From Octopus vulgaris (lineage: Eukaryota): a DNA stretch of 64,000 nucleotides. The position numbers and the translations under genes were made by a program. The stretch is from NCBI GenBank assembly GCA_951406725.2, contig OX597819.1, positions 69,812,001-69,876,000 on the forward strand. Direction: 5' to 3'. Under the pieces are notes generated by a model. That model was given only the letters and a program-made list of their open reading frames with translations, was not told the DNA's origin and made no database searches. The stretch's first letter is position 1. Every line of letters starts with the position of its first letter. Shown here piece after piece: positions 27,403 through 42,999 of the stretch.

Positions 27403-28105
27403 TAAATTCCAATCCATTACCTGTTTTATGGTAAAAAGACAGTTTTGACCTCAATGGAGTTGAGAACAACAATTAAAGACCACGATGCATTTTTGCGCAA
27501 CGTGATGTTGCTTCTAACTGTAGACCAATCAATATTGCATATCGTCTTTTAATCTTTGCCACAGCGAAACACGACGATGAAGAATGCTCATAAATCTTTT
27601 ATCGGTAGCACCAAAAAGAAGTCTTGCATTGCCAACATTACATACTGAGGTCGAGTGGATGAGAATATATAACGAACAATCAGGAGAGTGTGTGCGCCTG
27701 CGCATGCTCGTGTACATAAGTGTGCGTGTGTATGTTTGTGTATGTATGTGTGTGTGTATGTGTGTCTGTGCATGTGTGCGTGCGTGTGTGTGTGTAAGGT
27801 GTATGTTTACATGATCAATAATTTCGGCAGATAGAGGACTAATCGAAGGTTTTATTCTAATATTCCTGCTTTTTATTATTAGTTTCTCAATGAAGTGCGA
27901 CCTTGCTGGAGCACTGCTTTGAAGAATTTAGTTGAATATATCAGCCACAACTTGCATTTCAATTCTAATATTTACTCCACACGCCAATTATGTCGAACCG
28001 CAAAGTTACGGAGTTATGTGAATATAAGTCTATCAGCAACAGTCTTTGTGGAGGTGGATGACAAAGATACACACACGCGCTCGTATATATATATAATTTA
28101 ATATA

Positions 28106-28136
<31 letters not shown>

Positions 28137-28171
28137 GCATGTGTGTGAGTGTGTGTGTGTGTGTGTGTGTC

Positions 28172-28400
28172 TGGAAGTGCATGGCTCAGTTGTTAGGATG
28201 TTGGAGTCATGATCGTAAGATTGAGGTCTTGATTCATGGACCGTTGTGTTCTTGAGCAAAGCACTTCACTTCACGTCGCTCCAGTCCACTCAAATGGTAA
28301 TAACCAGTGACCCGGCGACGGTACGGTGGCCTGACAAACGGGGAAATATAAGCGTCGTAGAAATCAGGAAACTGCAGCTCTTGGTGAGCTTAATCAGATA
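28172..28400 (+). mobile_element. tRNA-derived SINE, family D
   Basis: A box tggctcagttgtt, a degenerate B box and a CORE-like ttgtgttcttgagcaaagcacttcact segment. Confidence 0.6.
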
Positions 28401-28605
28401 TGCAACCTGTGTGGATGTCGTTTCAATACATCGTCAGGTTCAAAAAGCCATATCAGACGCCATGATGTCTCTAATGTGTGTGTACAAGAGGTGGTTTTAC
28501 TCTGCATAAGGAGTAGACAACTACTACTTATATATAATACACACACATACACACATATTTGGCAAGAAAAATTGGCCATCTTGAAATATAACTATATATA
28601 TATAT

Positions 28606-28712
<107 letters not shown>

Positions 28713-29105
28713 GCTAGATAGATCACATGGGAAAATGCAAGCAAGAGAAATAATATTCTTAAGATTATAAACTTGGAAAAGTACAGGACAAGTTATTACA
28801 TCTGGTAAATTACAGAACAAGAAATTTTTTACTTAAAATATTGCACCTAAGAATAAAATTTCAAATAAAATATTTAGATTTTGAAAATATTAACATTTAT
28901 TAAAAGTAAAAAAAAAATTGTTACAAGTATTAATAGTTATCGCCAAGCTAACATGACAGTCCAGGAAAATAGGACGAATGCTACTGTTGATTAGCTCCAA
29001 GAGGCCATCGCCTCGAGCTAGCTATGTGACACACAAACCTGTGTCCATTATAACCTTAATCTTCGAACAGTGGAGGTCAGCCGCTTCCCCTTGCTAGTTT
29101 GGCAT

Positions 29106-29156
29106 CTACAGACTAGTTTCGGGGTACTTGCCCCTTAAAGGGCAAATACCCCGAAA
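29106..29156 (-). ncRNA. Truncated hammerhead motif (3' half) with a fold-back hairpin
   Basis: Minus strand reads GGGG(caagta)CCCC-GAAACTAGTC-tgtag. The CTGANGA half is replaced by an inverted copy, forming the hairpin at 29117-29156. Confidence 0.55.
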
Positions 29157-29405
29157 GAGTATTATGTGAAATAGTATTATAACACATCCTTTGATATGCT
29201 TATGTGTGTGTCTGTGCTTGTGCCCCCATTATCCTCATTATGGATTATATAACCACTGGTTTGATCCCTATCATATAATGCGAAAGTCATTGGTGTATGT
29301 TAGGGATTGTTGAAATTAACATTATTTGGGGGAAATTAAAGAAAGATTCCCATTTTCTTCTTCTTCTTTTCCCGTTATATATGTGTGTGTGTTTGTGTTT
29401 ATATA

Positions 29406-29469
<64 letters not shown>

Positions 29470-30005
29470 TATATTAAATTAGAGATAAAACCACTAGATA
29501 GATATATAGACAGACAGACAGACACACAGACACACAGACAGACATACAGACTGACAGATGGACAGACAGACGGATGGATGGGTAGGTGGATGGACATGGA
29601 CAGACAGACAGATAGAAAGATAGATAGATATTGATTCTTGCAGATATGTGTGTGCATGCGTACGTGTGTGTGTATGTGTGCATACCTACAAATACATAGG
29701 GAGATAGAGAAGCAGACAGACACGATAGGCTTCAAGACATTTACCATCTACCAAATTTATTTAGAATGTATTTCTCAGACCTGTAGCTAATAGTAAAAGA
29801 AATTTGCTCAAGGTGCAGCGACACAATGAGAATGAATCCAAAATCATGTTTACAAGATTTGAACATTTTAAAACAAACAGTAATATTCCTGCTACACTGC
29901 TTAAATTCGATCGTTGGAACAACAAAACAATGAAATCTTAGTATTTAATAGTACATGGATTCTACAACACTTTAGCCACAGCAAACAGAAAAGGGCTTGG
30001 TTTTA

Positions 30006-30043
<38 letters not shown>

Positions 30044-30153
30044 ACACACATACTCACATTCACACTCACACACACACTCACACACACACTCACACGCAAA
30101 CACAAACACATATGTAAATCTAAATATATATGTATATATACATACATGTCTAC

Positions 30154-30204
<51 letters not shown>

Positions 30205-30217
30205 CATATGCACATAC

Positions 30218-30292
<75 letters not shown>

Positions 30293-30302
30293 CATACATA
30301 CA

Positions 30303-30339
<37 letters not shown>

Positions 30340-30760
30340 ACACACATGCACACACATACATATATATGTGTGTATGTGTATGTGTGTGTGTGTGTATGTG
30401 TGTATGTATTAATCTCTCGGCAATTGCTATAACAATATCGGTTGATTATTATATAGACCAACAGAACTGAATCGGAGGAGGCAAGGAATTATGTTGACTC
30501 TGGCTATCGATTTCTAATATTTATGCCATGTAAAGTAGTATTCGTCCATTCTTTCCATTTTATATTCGTACTAAATGGAATAATACTCGAACCCAAAAGT
30601 AAGAATATTAAAAGCAGACCCAAATGTATAGTCGTAATCAAGTGACAAAGAACACAATTGTCGGGCAGAAATTCTTTTTCATATATATATATTCATATTT
30701 AACGAATCTACATACATGCAAATATCTACATTGGTAGATAGGTAGATATATATATAGATC

Positions 30761-30826
<66 letters not shown>

Positions 30827-30888
30827 CAGACACATGCATACATGCATACATATATACATATATATATACATTATATATATATGTTTGC

Positions 30889-30926
<38 letters not shown>

Positions 30927-31103
30927 GTATACATTTATTAAAATATATACACGTAGTATGTATATAGACACAATGAGAGTTAGATGTGTTTAATATAGAA
31001 AACACACAGTAGTGTCTAAATGAATTTGCACTCCGAATTGCTCATCCAGAATAAATCCACCGCCTTAAGGATGGCAATAAGGGAAATATATATATATATA
31101 CAC

Positions 31104-31184
<81 letters not shown>

Positions 31185-31946
31185 GGCGTAATTGTGCGGA
31201 AGAAAGCTTGCTTCCCAACCACATATTTCCAGGTTTAGTGGCACCTTGGGTGACTTGTACTATAGCTTCGGGCTGAGTAGATTTGATATATATAATATTA
31301 GGGTAATAAGAATTATAGAAATTATTATTACCAGTGGCCTTGCACACAAAAAAATTAGTCAATAGACTATATATCATTCACATAAAAATATCTTGTACAT
31401 TAAAATATATTAAGAGGCTTTCGTCATAGGAAAGCCTTCTGCTAGAAAGAGCAGTAAAAAACTCAAACCACTAATTAGGGATAAATTTTCGAAAGGAATG
31501 AAAATTAAAAACATTTACCACCTAATTTAGTTCCTAGACCATGGTTTATCTCTTCCCTCTGATTGCTGGTCTAGTGTAAACATTTGAAACTAATATTGTT
31601 TTCAACGATGTTCGAATGGGATCAATCCACGATTCGCTTTGCGACCATGAGGTGCCATGATCGATCTCGCATCGCTGATTGTGAGAAAATGTCATTTTCT
31701 ATAATATCAGGTCGAGCCATTCCTTGTGAAAGGAACGAGGCTGTTTGACACAGATTCTCTCTAAGGCTTGCATTAAAGGGGCACATACATGTGGTATACT
31801 CAGCCACTTCAGGAGCAGGCAAGTCAATTCAGCGAACCACTGAGTCCTCGTTGTCGAACTAGGCTTATCCACAAATATGCATCTATGTATGCATATATAT
31901 ACGAGAGTTTATATGGCGGTGTACATATAAATATGTATATTCGTGT

Positions 31947-32313
31947 GGAGGCGCAATGGCCCACTGAATACGGCAGCGGACTCGCGGACTTGGGATCGCA
32001 GTTTCGATTCCTAGACCGGACCTTGTGAGTGTTTATTGAGCGAAAACACCTAAATCTCCGCGAGGCACCGGAGGGGGATGATAGTGGCCCTATTGTACTC
32101 TTTCACCAAAACTTTCTCGCACTCTTTCTTCCTATTTCTGTTGTACCTGTATTTCAAAGGGCCAGCCTTGTCACACTCTGTGTCACACTAAATCTCCCCG
32201 AGAACCGCGTTAAGGGTAAACGCCCAGCCACTTGCACGTTAATTTCACAAGCAGGCTGTTCCGTTAATCGGAGCAAATGGAACCTCGTCGTCGTAGCCGA
32301 TGGAGTGCCACGA
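31947..32313 (+). mobile_element. SINE family C
   Basis: tRNA-like head ggcgcaatggccc...ttcgattcc and body gccacttgcacgttaatttcac. A second copy lies at 45620-45927. Confidence 0.85.
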
Positions 32314-32368
32314 TGAATATTCGTATATGTGTATGTGTATATGTATATATACATATATAGACATATAC

Positions 32369-32414
<46 letters not shown>

Positions 32415-32572
32415 GGATATATATACATATATATACATATACGTATAGTATATATGTGTGTGTGTATGCATGTGCATGTGTGTGTATCTGTGTAACTATA
32501 TTTATGTATATTATATATATATATATACACACATGCATATATATGTATCAGTATATAGGTATAATATAATAA

Positions 32573-32634
<62 letters not shown>

Positions 32635-33329
32635 GCATACATGCACAAATGTGAATATTCATATATGGATGTGTATATACGTATATATGTGTGTGCATAT
32701 GTATGCATGTGTGAGTTTATATGTGTTATGTGTGTTGCATGACGTTGAATGGAATTGTGTGTGTACGCGCGCTTGTGTGTGTATGTGCTCGCGTGTGTGT
32801 GTGCATGAATATGGATATGTACATGCATATGTATATGTAAATGTATGCGTTTCCAATCCCGGTCGGGTGAAGCTCATTCAATTTCCTTATATAACACTTT
32901 AACAGAAATTCAGGAACGACACAATTGCCATTTTGCCTTCCCTTGATCTTAATACGACTAATCTCCATTTGATGGCTGCTTCTGGTCATGAATGTTCAAT
33001 CAATCGACTGTTTATCACACTGGCACATGTGATAAATATATATTCTTTGATATCTATATATGCGCTAACCACAATTGTCAACCGACACGTAACGTTTTCC
33101 GTGCAACCAGCCTTTTATGGCCTAATGTACTCACTTGTGCTGTGTACGTATGTGTTTCTCTCTGTGTGTGTGTGTGTGTGTGTATGTGTGTGTGTGCATG
33201 GAGAGAGAGAGGGGGAAAGGGAACGGGAGAGAGGGAGCTAGAGTGAAGGGGAGAGAGGTAGAGAAAGAAGGAGATAGCTAGCTAGATAGATAGATACATA
33301 CATACATACATACATACATACAGAAATGC

Positions 33330-33429
<100 letters not shown>

Positions 33430-33523
33430 GTATACTCATATATATGCATATGTATAAATAGAGTGAGGAGGAGAAAGATGTGAGAGAGGGATGCAGAGAT
33501 AAATAACTAGATATGTAGTATAT

Positions 33524-33571
<48 letters not shown>

Positions 33572-34559
33572 GTATGCGTGTGTATTTGTGTGTGGAAAGA
33601 GAGAGAGAGGAATGGGAACGGGAGACAGGGAGGGAGAAAAAGAAGGGGTAATAGAAATAGATAAATAGATACGTAGATAGACATATACATACATACAGGC
33701 ATGCAAAGGTATACAGATGCATACACCTATAAATGCGGATATATATGAATGTTTTTTGTATCGTTATATATACATATATACGTGGGGGCTGTTTTGTGTG
33801 CGTAGGCGTGTGTATGTTTGTGTGTGTGCATGTTTGTGCATCTATATTTGTATGTATACCAAATATGTTTTATTTCATTGTATGAAAGAAGGTAACGTTT
33901 ATATATGTCTATATATGAGTATGTGAGCGAGTATAATTATATAGGTGTGTATATGAGTATGCTTGCATGTGTGTGAATGTGTGTGTGGGGGTGCGTGTAG
34001 TGTATATGCGAAGATTTTTGATTCTTCACATTTTAGTGTGGCTGTGTGTAAAAGTAATTATATGAGCCCACGTTTATGGTCCTTTGTGGTGTCCAATTTA
34101 TGTTTCTACCATATATATAAATATGTGTGTGCATGTGTGTCTGTGTCAGTGTGAGTGTTTATGTGTGTGTGAGTATGTACGAGTGTGTGTCTGGCTGTAT
34201 CTGTGTCAGTGTGTACGTGTGAGTGTGCACGTGTGTGTGCATGCATGTAACTATGTGTGTGTATGAAAATGTATGTGTGTCTGTCTGTGTGAGTGTGTAC
34301 GTGTGTGTGAGTGTGTATGTGTGTGTCTGTGTCTGTGTCTATGTGTGAGTGAGAAACGTGTGTGTGCGTTCATAGTAATACGTATGCATGGTTGTGTACG
34401 GCCGTGTGTGTGTATCTGTGTGCGTGTGCATCTGTGTGTGTACGTGTGTGTGTGTGAGTGTATGTGTACACGTGTGTGTGGATGTGTGTGTGTGTATATT
34501 TAGAAATGAGAATACCTAAAACAATAACCCAAATTGCAGGGTTATCCTATCTTTCTCCC

Positions 34560-35290
34560 TTCGTTCTGGCCTACTTCACAAAATAAATTGTCCTCAGTGG
34601 TAACCATGGATATCGATGATTTTTGAGGATAATGACGACGACGACGACGACGATGATGACGATGACGAGGATGATGACGAGGATGGTGAGGAGGAGAAGG
34701 AGGAGGAGGATGGTGATGATGACGTCGACGACGACGATGACGACGATTATGATGACGACAACGAGGACGGCGATGACGTTGACGATGAGGATGATGAGGG
34801 TGACGACGATACTGATGAAGATGATGGTGATGGTGCTCATGATGATGATGAGGAGGAGGAGGAGAAGAAGGAGGAGGAAGTGGTGTAGAAGAGGGTGAGA
34901 AGAATTGGAGTGGAGGTGGAGAGGAGGAGGCGGATGGTGCTGATGATGATAGGGTGAGGAGAAGGTAGAGGGGTAGGAAGTGAGGAGGAGGAGGTGTGGA
35001 GAAGAAGGTGGGGAAGAGGAGGAGGAGGAAGAGGAGGGTGCTGATGATGACGGTGCCGATGATGACGATGGTAAAAGTAATCCCGAGCTTCGCATTCGAA
35101 AGTCTTTCGTTGCTTATTTTTCTTTTTTTGTTTTTTTTTCTTTTTCCTCCTCTGCAACTTCAAAAGATTTTACTTCACTAAAAGAAAGTGCTGAAGAAGC
35201 CGGGGGCTACCAGCTGCGTGGTCAAGTGGGTGCTTGATTGGTTGGCTATTATTACCAGAGGGAAATTTACACCCAGTGGTCATTCTCTCT

Positions 35291-35300
<10 letters not shown>
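34560..35300 (-). other. GC-richer compound trinucleotide island with an adjacent CCAAT/E-box/(GA)n segment; possible promoter and first exon
   Basis: Minus strand: (GA)n, then ccaaccaatc...cagctg, then ATG at 35095 opening a Ser/His/Leu-rich low-complexity ORF. No recognisable domain. Confidence 0.2.
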
Positions 35301-35334
<34 letters not shown>

Positions 35335-35900
35335 TTTCTCTCTCTCTCCATTTTTCTCTCTCTCCCTCTCTCTCTCTCTCTGACCCTTTGCTTTGTGAGA
35401 CAACGTCGTGTTTTTTTAAAACAGTCCCCTGGTTTTGCATCAGTTGTCATCCGTGTTTCGCAAGAGTTCTTTTCGATATGGTTCATACTTGAGGTTAGCG
35501 ATAAATATATCACTTAAAAGCGAAATAATGGTTTTGTTTCGTTTTCTTGTTTGTTTTGTCATTTGTGCGGTTATTTTCTATTTTGTTTTAGTTTGGTTTG
35601 TTTATTTGTTTATTTGTTTGTGTCATTGTTATTTATTCCCTATTATGATTTATCAATGAATTCTGTTGCGAAGAGACTTATTGTGAGAATTATTGTGAGA
35701 GAGAAAACAGAGAGGGGAGAGAGAGAGAGAAGGAAAGAGACTGACATTAATAGATTGATAGTGAAAGTAAGACATACATATATATTTGCGGTGCCGTGCG
35801 TGTATATATATATATGTATGTATGTCTGTATATGCATATATATGTATATATATGTATATATATATATATATATATACACATATATATATATATATGTGTG

Positions 35901-35942
<42 letters not shown>

Positions 35943-36092
35943 TATATATATACACACAGATATATATACAGATATATATACATATATAAATAAATGCAAT
36001 TACGTATAAATAAATAAATATATATAAATATATATATATATGTATATGTATATACATAGATAGGTAAAGATATAAACATCAATATGTACATA

Positions 36093-36144
<52 letters not shown>

Positions 36145-36184
36145 TATATATATGTGTGTGTGTGTATGTATGTATGTATATATG

Positions 36185-36281
<97 letters not shown>

Positions 36282-36583
36282 ACATGTATGTGTGGGTGAG
36301 TGTTTGTGTATACGTGAGTGCATGCATTTGTATACGTTTGTATGTATTACTTGAGAAAGGAAGAGTGTCATGAAGGTTAGAAGTCAGACAGGAAACCACT
36401 GAAAAGAAAAAGAGAGAGAGAGAAAGAAGGAGAGAGAAGGAGAGGAAGTGATAATGTCACAGAAATCGATAGTTTGGGTGGAGTTCGGTTGAAGAAAACG
36501 ATCAAAAGATACATAAGTTTAGAAATATTTGGGGAGAAAACGATGCGGAGTAAACACAAAAATGAGATGAATAATAAAGGGTT

Positions 36584-36615
<32 letters not shown>

Positions 36616-37057
36616 TAGGAGGTGAGAAGAGGAAAATGCAGTGATAGTGAGAAAGGAGGAGTAGAATTACAAGTAATGGTGTAATGAAAGAAATGGGGCG
36701 CGGGGTCGAAAGGTGTGGGAAGAGATAAAACGGATATAGAGAAATAAAGCAAGAAAGTATGTGTGTATGATAAGAAATAGAATAAGAGAAAGTAAATATA
36801 TTTAAAGAATATATGACGGATAAAAATATATACACACACACTTATATGTGGCTGTGTTTGTGAGTTAATTTTTATGTTTTCATATGTGTATATATGTGTA
36901 TTTATATGTATATATACTTATATAGATATGTGGTTGCATTTCTATATAGGTATGGGTAAGGGTGTGAGTTTATGTGTTTATATGTATGAGTGAATGTACC
37001 TTTGTATACCTATGTCCGTATATATGTACCTTTGTATATATATATATATATATAAGT

Positions 37058-37089
<32 letters not shown>

Positions 37090-37372
37090 CATTTTCATAT
37101 TTGTACATAGGTAGATAGGTGTGAGAATGTGTGCGTATGGATATGTGAGTATGAGGAAATGTCGGCCTGTTCCGTTCCGAATGTATATGATTTTGTAATA
37201 AGTGAGACAAATGGCGATGATATACAAAAGGTGGGAGAGATTAAAAATGAGAGATAGGGTGTAAGAGAACGATATTGGAAATGTTATACACACGCATAAG
37301 TGCGCGTATGCACATTATATATATATACATCCATATATACACACATACATATATGTATATATGTATATATAC

Positions 37373-37432
<60 letters not shown>

Positions 37433-37662
37433 GTATGTATGTGTATCTATCTATCTATTTATCTGTCTATCTGTGTGTGCCTTTATGTCTGCCATTGTAT
37501 TGGTGTGAAGCTATATGAAACACCGATAGGATTAAAAATAAAAGACAGATCTATGGTGAAATACGAGGTGAAAGAAAGAATGAAAGATAGAAAGATAGAA
37601 AGGAATCAAATAAACAAATAAATGGATTAGAATGGTAGGAGATAAGGTAGTAAACATAGTAT

Positions 37663-37696
<34 letters not shown>

Positions 37697-38129
37697 GAGA
37701 CGTTGAGATAGTGAGAGAGTGAGAGAGAGTGAGAGAGAGATGTGGGCTGAGGGAGAGAAGATGTTTTGAAATAATAGTAGAACAAAGAGACAAATAGCGA
37801 AACGTGTGAGGGACAGAGGCGGGGAGGAAGGGATAGAAAAAGCCAAAGATAGAAAGGAACGACGAAAGAAGGAAAGAACGAAAGTCAGAAGGAGGGAAAG
37901 AAAGAGTTTCTTTTAGTGGTTTGAAGACAGAACGATGACGAGATAAAGATAGAAACTAAGATAAAACGAATTTCTAGAGCCAAACAAATATTTCAGAGCA
38001 GATAAATAGGTTTTCTTTTCTGAATGTCGCAACACAATATTCCCAAAGATAAGCTAAGAGTACCAACGGTTCTGTTGATCCTGAAGTATTACTGGTAGTA
38101 TTTCATTGATTAGTTCAAAAATCAGATCA

Positions 38130-39300
38130 CTCCCATTCTTTTTTAAACTTCCTATTCATCTGCAAGACACACATTCAGTAGAGAGTCCAGGTTTCGCAGA
38201 CATAAAGCAAACTTGAAATGTCCACAGCATCATAAATCATAATTTTCGCTGTTAAGAACTTTGTTGTCGAAGATGCATCTGACTAATTTTCCAAATGCCC
38301 CGTGTGCAGCTTCAAATGTGTGTTCCACATCCTTTTCTTATTTCTTTATTGCCCACAAGGGGTTAAACATAGAGGGGACAAACAAGGACAGACAAAGGGA
38401 TTAAGTCGATTACATCAACCCCAGTGTCTAACTGGTACTTAATTTATCGACCCTGAAATGATGAAAGGCAAAGTCGACCTAGGCGGAATTTGAACTCAGA
38501 ACGTAACGGCAGGCGAAATACCTATTTCTTTACTACCTACAAGGGGCTAAACACAGAGAGGACAAACAAGGACAGACAAACGGATTAAGTCGATTATATC
38601 GACCCCAGTGCGTAACTGGTACTTATTTAATTGACCCCGAAAGGATGAAAGGCAAAGTCGACCTCGGCGGAATTTGAATTCAGAACGCAACGGCATTTCG
38701 CCCGGTGTGCTAACGTTTTTGCCAGCTCATCGCCTTCCACATCCTTTTCTGTCAATCGTGCCTTCCACATCCTTTTTTTTGTCAATCGTGCTTAAAGCGG
38801 CACGGAATCCACAATAAGATTCTGCTAAGATTATTTTGAGGATGGTCTGGAATCTATTTAGAAGAAGCCTTACGAAAACCTTTCCAGTAATGGACAGTAA
38901 CGATATCCAGCTATACTTCTCACAAGCTTTTGGATCACTTTTTTTTAAAGATCGTTATGAGGATTCATCTTTCAATTCTATAGGAACGTGTTGGGATTCC
39001 CACAGCTTCATGATGAAAGTGAAAATTCAGGTTTGCAAAGGCAAGCCTCCTTTAATGAGCTCGGGAAGGATGTAATCGGAGCCTGGAGACTTCTTTGATC
39101 TCATTTGCTTCATAGCTTGCTTGAGTTCATGAAAAGTAGGCCTCCTGTTCATCAACAGTTGAGGAGGATGACTGTGGACGTTTCTCAAAAAGTTCTCAGC
39201 TGTGTTTTTATTTAGGAGGATGGAAAAATGTTTCTCCCAACCTAGGAGTACGTCTTGAGAATTAGTCAGGATATTTCTATTGTCGGTTTACGCACCGGTA
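38130..39300 (-). mobile_element. Decayed RTE-clade LINE RT fragment
   Basis: Remnants ISLLSITGKVFVRLLLNR, AESYCGFR and KSPGSDYILPELIK, interrupted by a SINE. Confidence 0.75.
38339..38734 (-). mobile_element. SINE family B, partial dimer with 16-bp TSD
   Basis: TSD ttccacatccttttct at 38323-38338 and 38735-38750; the core is duplicated internally. Confidence 0.9.
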
Positions 39301-39914
39301 TCATCCTACTACAGCAGTTAAGCAACGTCGAGCCTAGTTCTTAGATAGCTGACTGCTTGGGAAAACTAGGTGCTGCAAGCATCTCATAATAGTATTCATA
39401 GATGACAGAATGATGGATAATTTGCATCAGATGCTTTAGTTTTCAATATATTTTCACATGAGTATTAGAAACTAATGAATAATATAAATTACAGCCTTCA
39501 GATTTCTAACATTTACGTTAATCATTCTGTTATGGCTACTGAAATTTGATATTAAAGCAGTTGTAATATATAGAACGTGGACATTTACAATTGTATACGG
39601 AATAAAAGAGAGAAGAGATGCCCTTATCTTTTGTACCATGTTGTTATATTTTCAAGTATACTAAAGTATGGTCAGAGGCCTTCCAGAAGGCTTTGTATTT
39701 CTATAATGACTTAACCATTTCTGCAACATTACAGAATGTAGAGATGTAGTTCCATTAGCCTTGAATGGATGAAAGGAAATGTCGATCTATGGCCAACAAG
39801 GCAGCCATTTTTTTATAAATGGCAGAGAATATGAGGAGGTGAACTAACTCTAAGATATTATTCACACTTAGTTATCTCCCGTAGTTGTTGAATAAAAGCA
39901 AAAGCAATATTATT

Positions 39915-40018
<104 letters not shown>

Positions 40019-40081
40019 CATTATTATTATTATCATTATTATTATCATTATTATTATTATTGTTATTATTATTACTATTAC

Positions 40082-40115
<34 letters not shown>

Positions 40116-40167
40116 GTTGTTGTTGTTGTTATTATTATTATTATTGTTGTTGTTGTTGTTGTTGTTG

Positions 40168-40213
<46 letters not shown>

Positions 40214-40659
40214 TAGTCGTCCACCAATATTTCTTTCTGCTTTTTTCTTTCTCAATCAATATTTCTGCCGACATTTCATTCTTAATGCCGCATGCATTGC
40301 ATATGGAGATATCCATTTACGTAATGTTTTAGTTGTATATTTCTCGATTAACCTTTCTTGAGCAGACCTATAATCGCAAGTTCCAGCCGTGACCTTCCAT
40401 CATAGTTTCAATGATTATATATTTAGCACTACGTTATCTAACGCGTCATTTCCTTTTTTAAGTGAGTTGTGTGTAATGTAGTGCAGGCTGTGTGCTTTGG
40501 TATTCCGTGTACATGTAGATGTTCACGTTCTATATATTACAACTGCTTTAATATCAAATTTCAATAGTTATAATAGAATGATTAACGTAAATGTTAGAAT
40601 TCTGGAGAATGTAATTTATATTATTCATTAGTTTCTAATATTCCTGTGAAAATATACTG

Positions 40660-40850
40660 GTTTCAAATTTTAGCACAAGACCAGTAATTTCGAGTGAATG
40701 CTAAGTCGTTTACATCGATCCCATTGCTCAACTGGTACTTATTTTCTCTCTGCAGAGAGGATGAAAGACAAAGCTGACTTCAGTTGAATTTGAACACATA
40801 AAGACGGCCGAAATGCTGCGTAAACTTTTGGCCCGGCGTGCTCACAACCC
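40660..40850 (-). mobile_element. SINE family B (diverged), followed by a (CGTGAAAA)n run at about 40857-40903
   Basis: aactggtacttatt...ggatgaaagacaaagctgac...gaatttgaac...cccggcgtgct. Confidence 0.7.
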
Positions 40851-41392
40851 TATCTCCGTGAAAACGTGAAAACGTGAAAACGTGAAAACGTGAAAACGTG
40901 AAAGCTAAAGCCTTTAACATAACTTATCCATCATTCTGTAATCTTGAAATAATACTGGATGCAAAGTTTGAGCAAGTTTATTGCCAATGTGTTATCATTG
41001 CTGAAAAGAAATAAAACTACTATCGATATATAACTAAGTCTAACAAAGCCTTAAAATGAAGGAATTCGGGTGGTTATGGCCGAAGTGTTTAAGAAGCAGG
41101 CCGTTGATTTTATCCTCATATTTGAAAGAACTTTATCGGGGGTACTGGATGATTTTATCAATACGATGTAGTTTTGAAAGATAAAATTGAACTTAGCGCG
41201 TAAAGTTTTCTTGTGAAGAGAGATTTCCAACTGATTTACATAGCGTTGGAGGAGCTCCGCGCTGAGACGGTGCCTCGGTTGTTATGGAAACGTGAGAGTG
41301 TAACAAAATTTTAAGTTAAGAATGACTGTGTCTTGTAGAGAAGTAAGGAAGCGACGTATTGTTATAGCTTGAAAAATAATGACAGAGAGGTG

Positions 41393-41467
<75 letters not shown>

Positions 41468-41812
41468 AGAGATCTGATTCTACTGATACTTCTCAATGAA
41501 ATCATTCCTGTACTGTTATCCTGGTATTATTTCACCAACAAAGATAAGCTAAGAGTCCCGATGGTACTCTTAGCTTATCTTTTGAAATATTGTGTTGCGA
41601 CATTCAGAAAAGAAACCTATTTATCTGCTCTGAAATATTTGTTTGGCTCTAGAAGTTCGTTTATCTTACTTCCTATCTTTATCTCGTCATCGTTTTGTCT
41701 CCGAACGGCTAAAAGAAACTCTTTCTTTCCTTCCTTCTTACTTTCCATCTTTCCCTTTTTCGTCGTCTCTGTCTACGATTATTTCAACACTTCCCTCTCT
41801 CACTCGCTCTCG

Positions 41813-41852
<40 letters not shown>

Positions 41853-42138
41853 CCTCTCTTCGCTTCTAATCCATTCGTTTATTTGGTTTCTTTGTGTCTT
41901 TCATTCTTTCTCTCTCCATACTTTTACCAGATACTTTTATTCTATTTAATATTTCACATTGCCTGATACAAATAAAATGCCATAGGCATATATGCATGCA
42001 AGCGTGCGTGTACATACGCATGAAAATATACATATATTAATAAATATATATAGTATTTAAGTAACTATAATGATACGTTTATAAACATATATATACACGA
42101 ATATACATACACACACGCATATATATATATACATAAAT

Positions 42139-42183
<45 letters not shown>

Positions 42184-42203
42184 CGTATATATGTATGTGC
42201 ATG

Positions 42204-42583
<380 letters not shown>

Positions 42584-42662
42584 TGAATATCAAGTTGAGT
42601 TTTTACCGAGAGGCAGACAAACACAATTATAGCGTGTAAATATTGTGAAAATATTCGATAGA

Positions 42663-42999
42663 CTAGCAGTATCGCCCGGTGTTGCTCGGGTTTGCTTCGA
42701 CCATTTAGAATTGGAGTTTTTGAAAAGTAAAAATTTTGCATTATGTGGCTTGTTATTCTCTTTAAGTGAACAGCAGTAAAAAAAATAGTAAAAATAGGGA
42801 TCTTCATAGAAAAAAAGCACCTTTTTGATGTAAATAAGTTTTGGTGTTAATATGGTCCGATTTGAATTTTTACTTCTACGGAAGGAAGAGCAAGCCTTCT
42901 TCTATCATACTCTCAATTTTGGTCAACTTGCGCCACTAGTGTTAGTTGAAAGCTACCAAACCTGCCACACACAGACAACTTCAGCTTTGGCTATATAGA
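42663..42999 (-). mobile_element. Non-autonomous Helitron-like element
   Basis: Minus strand begins TCTATATA and ends with a subterminal hairpin CCCGAGCAACACCGGG plus CTAG. It sits between A and T with no TSD. Confidence 0.7.
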
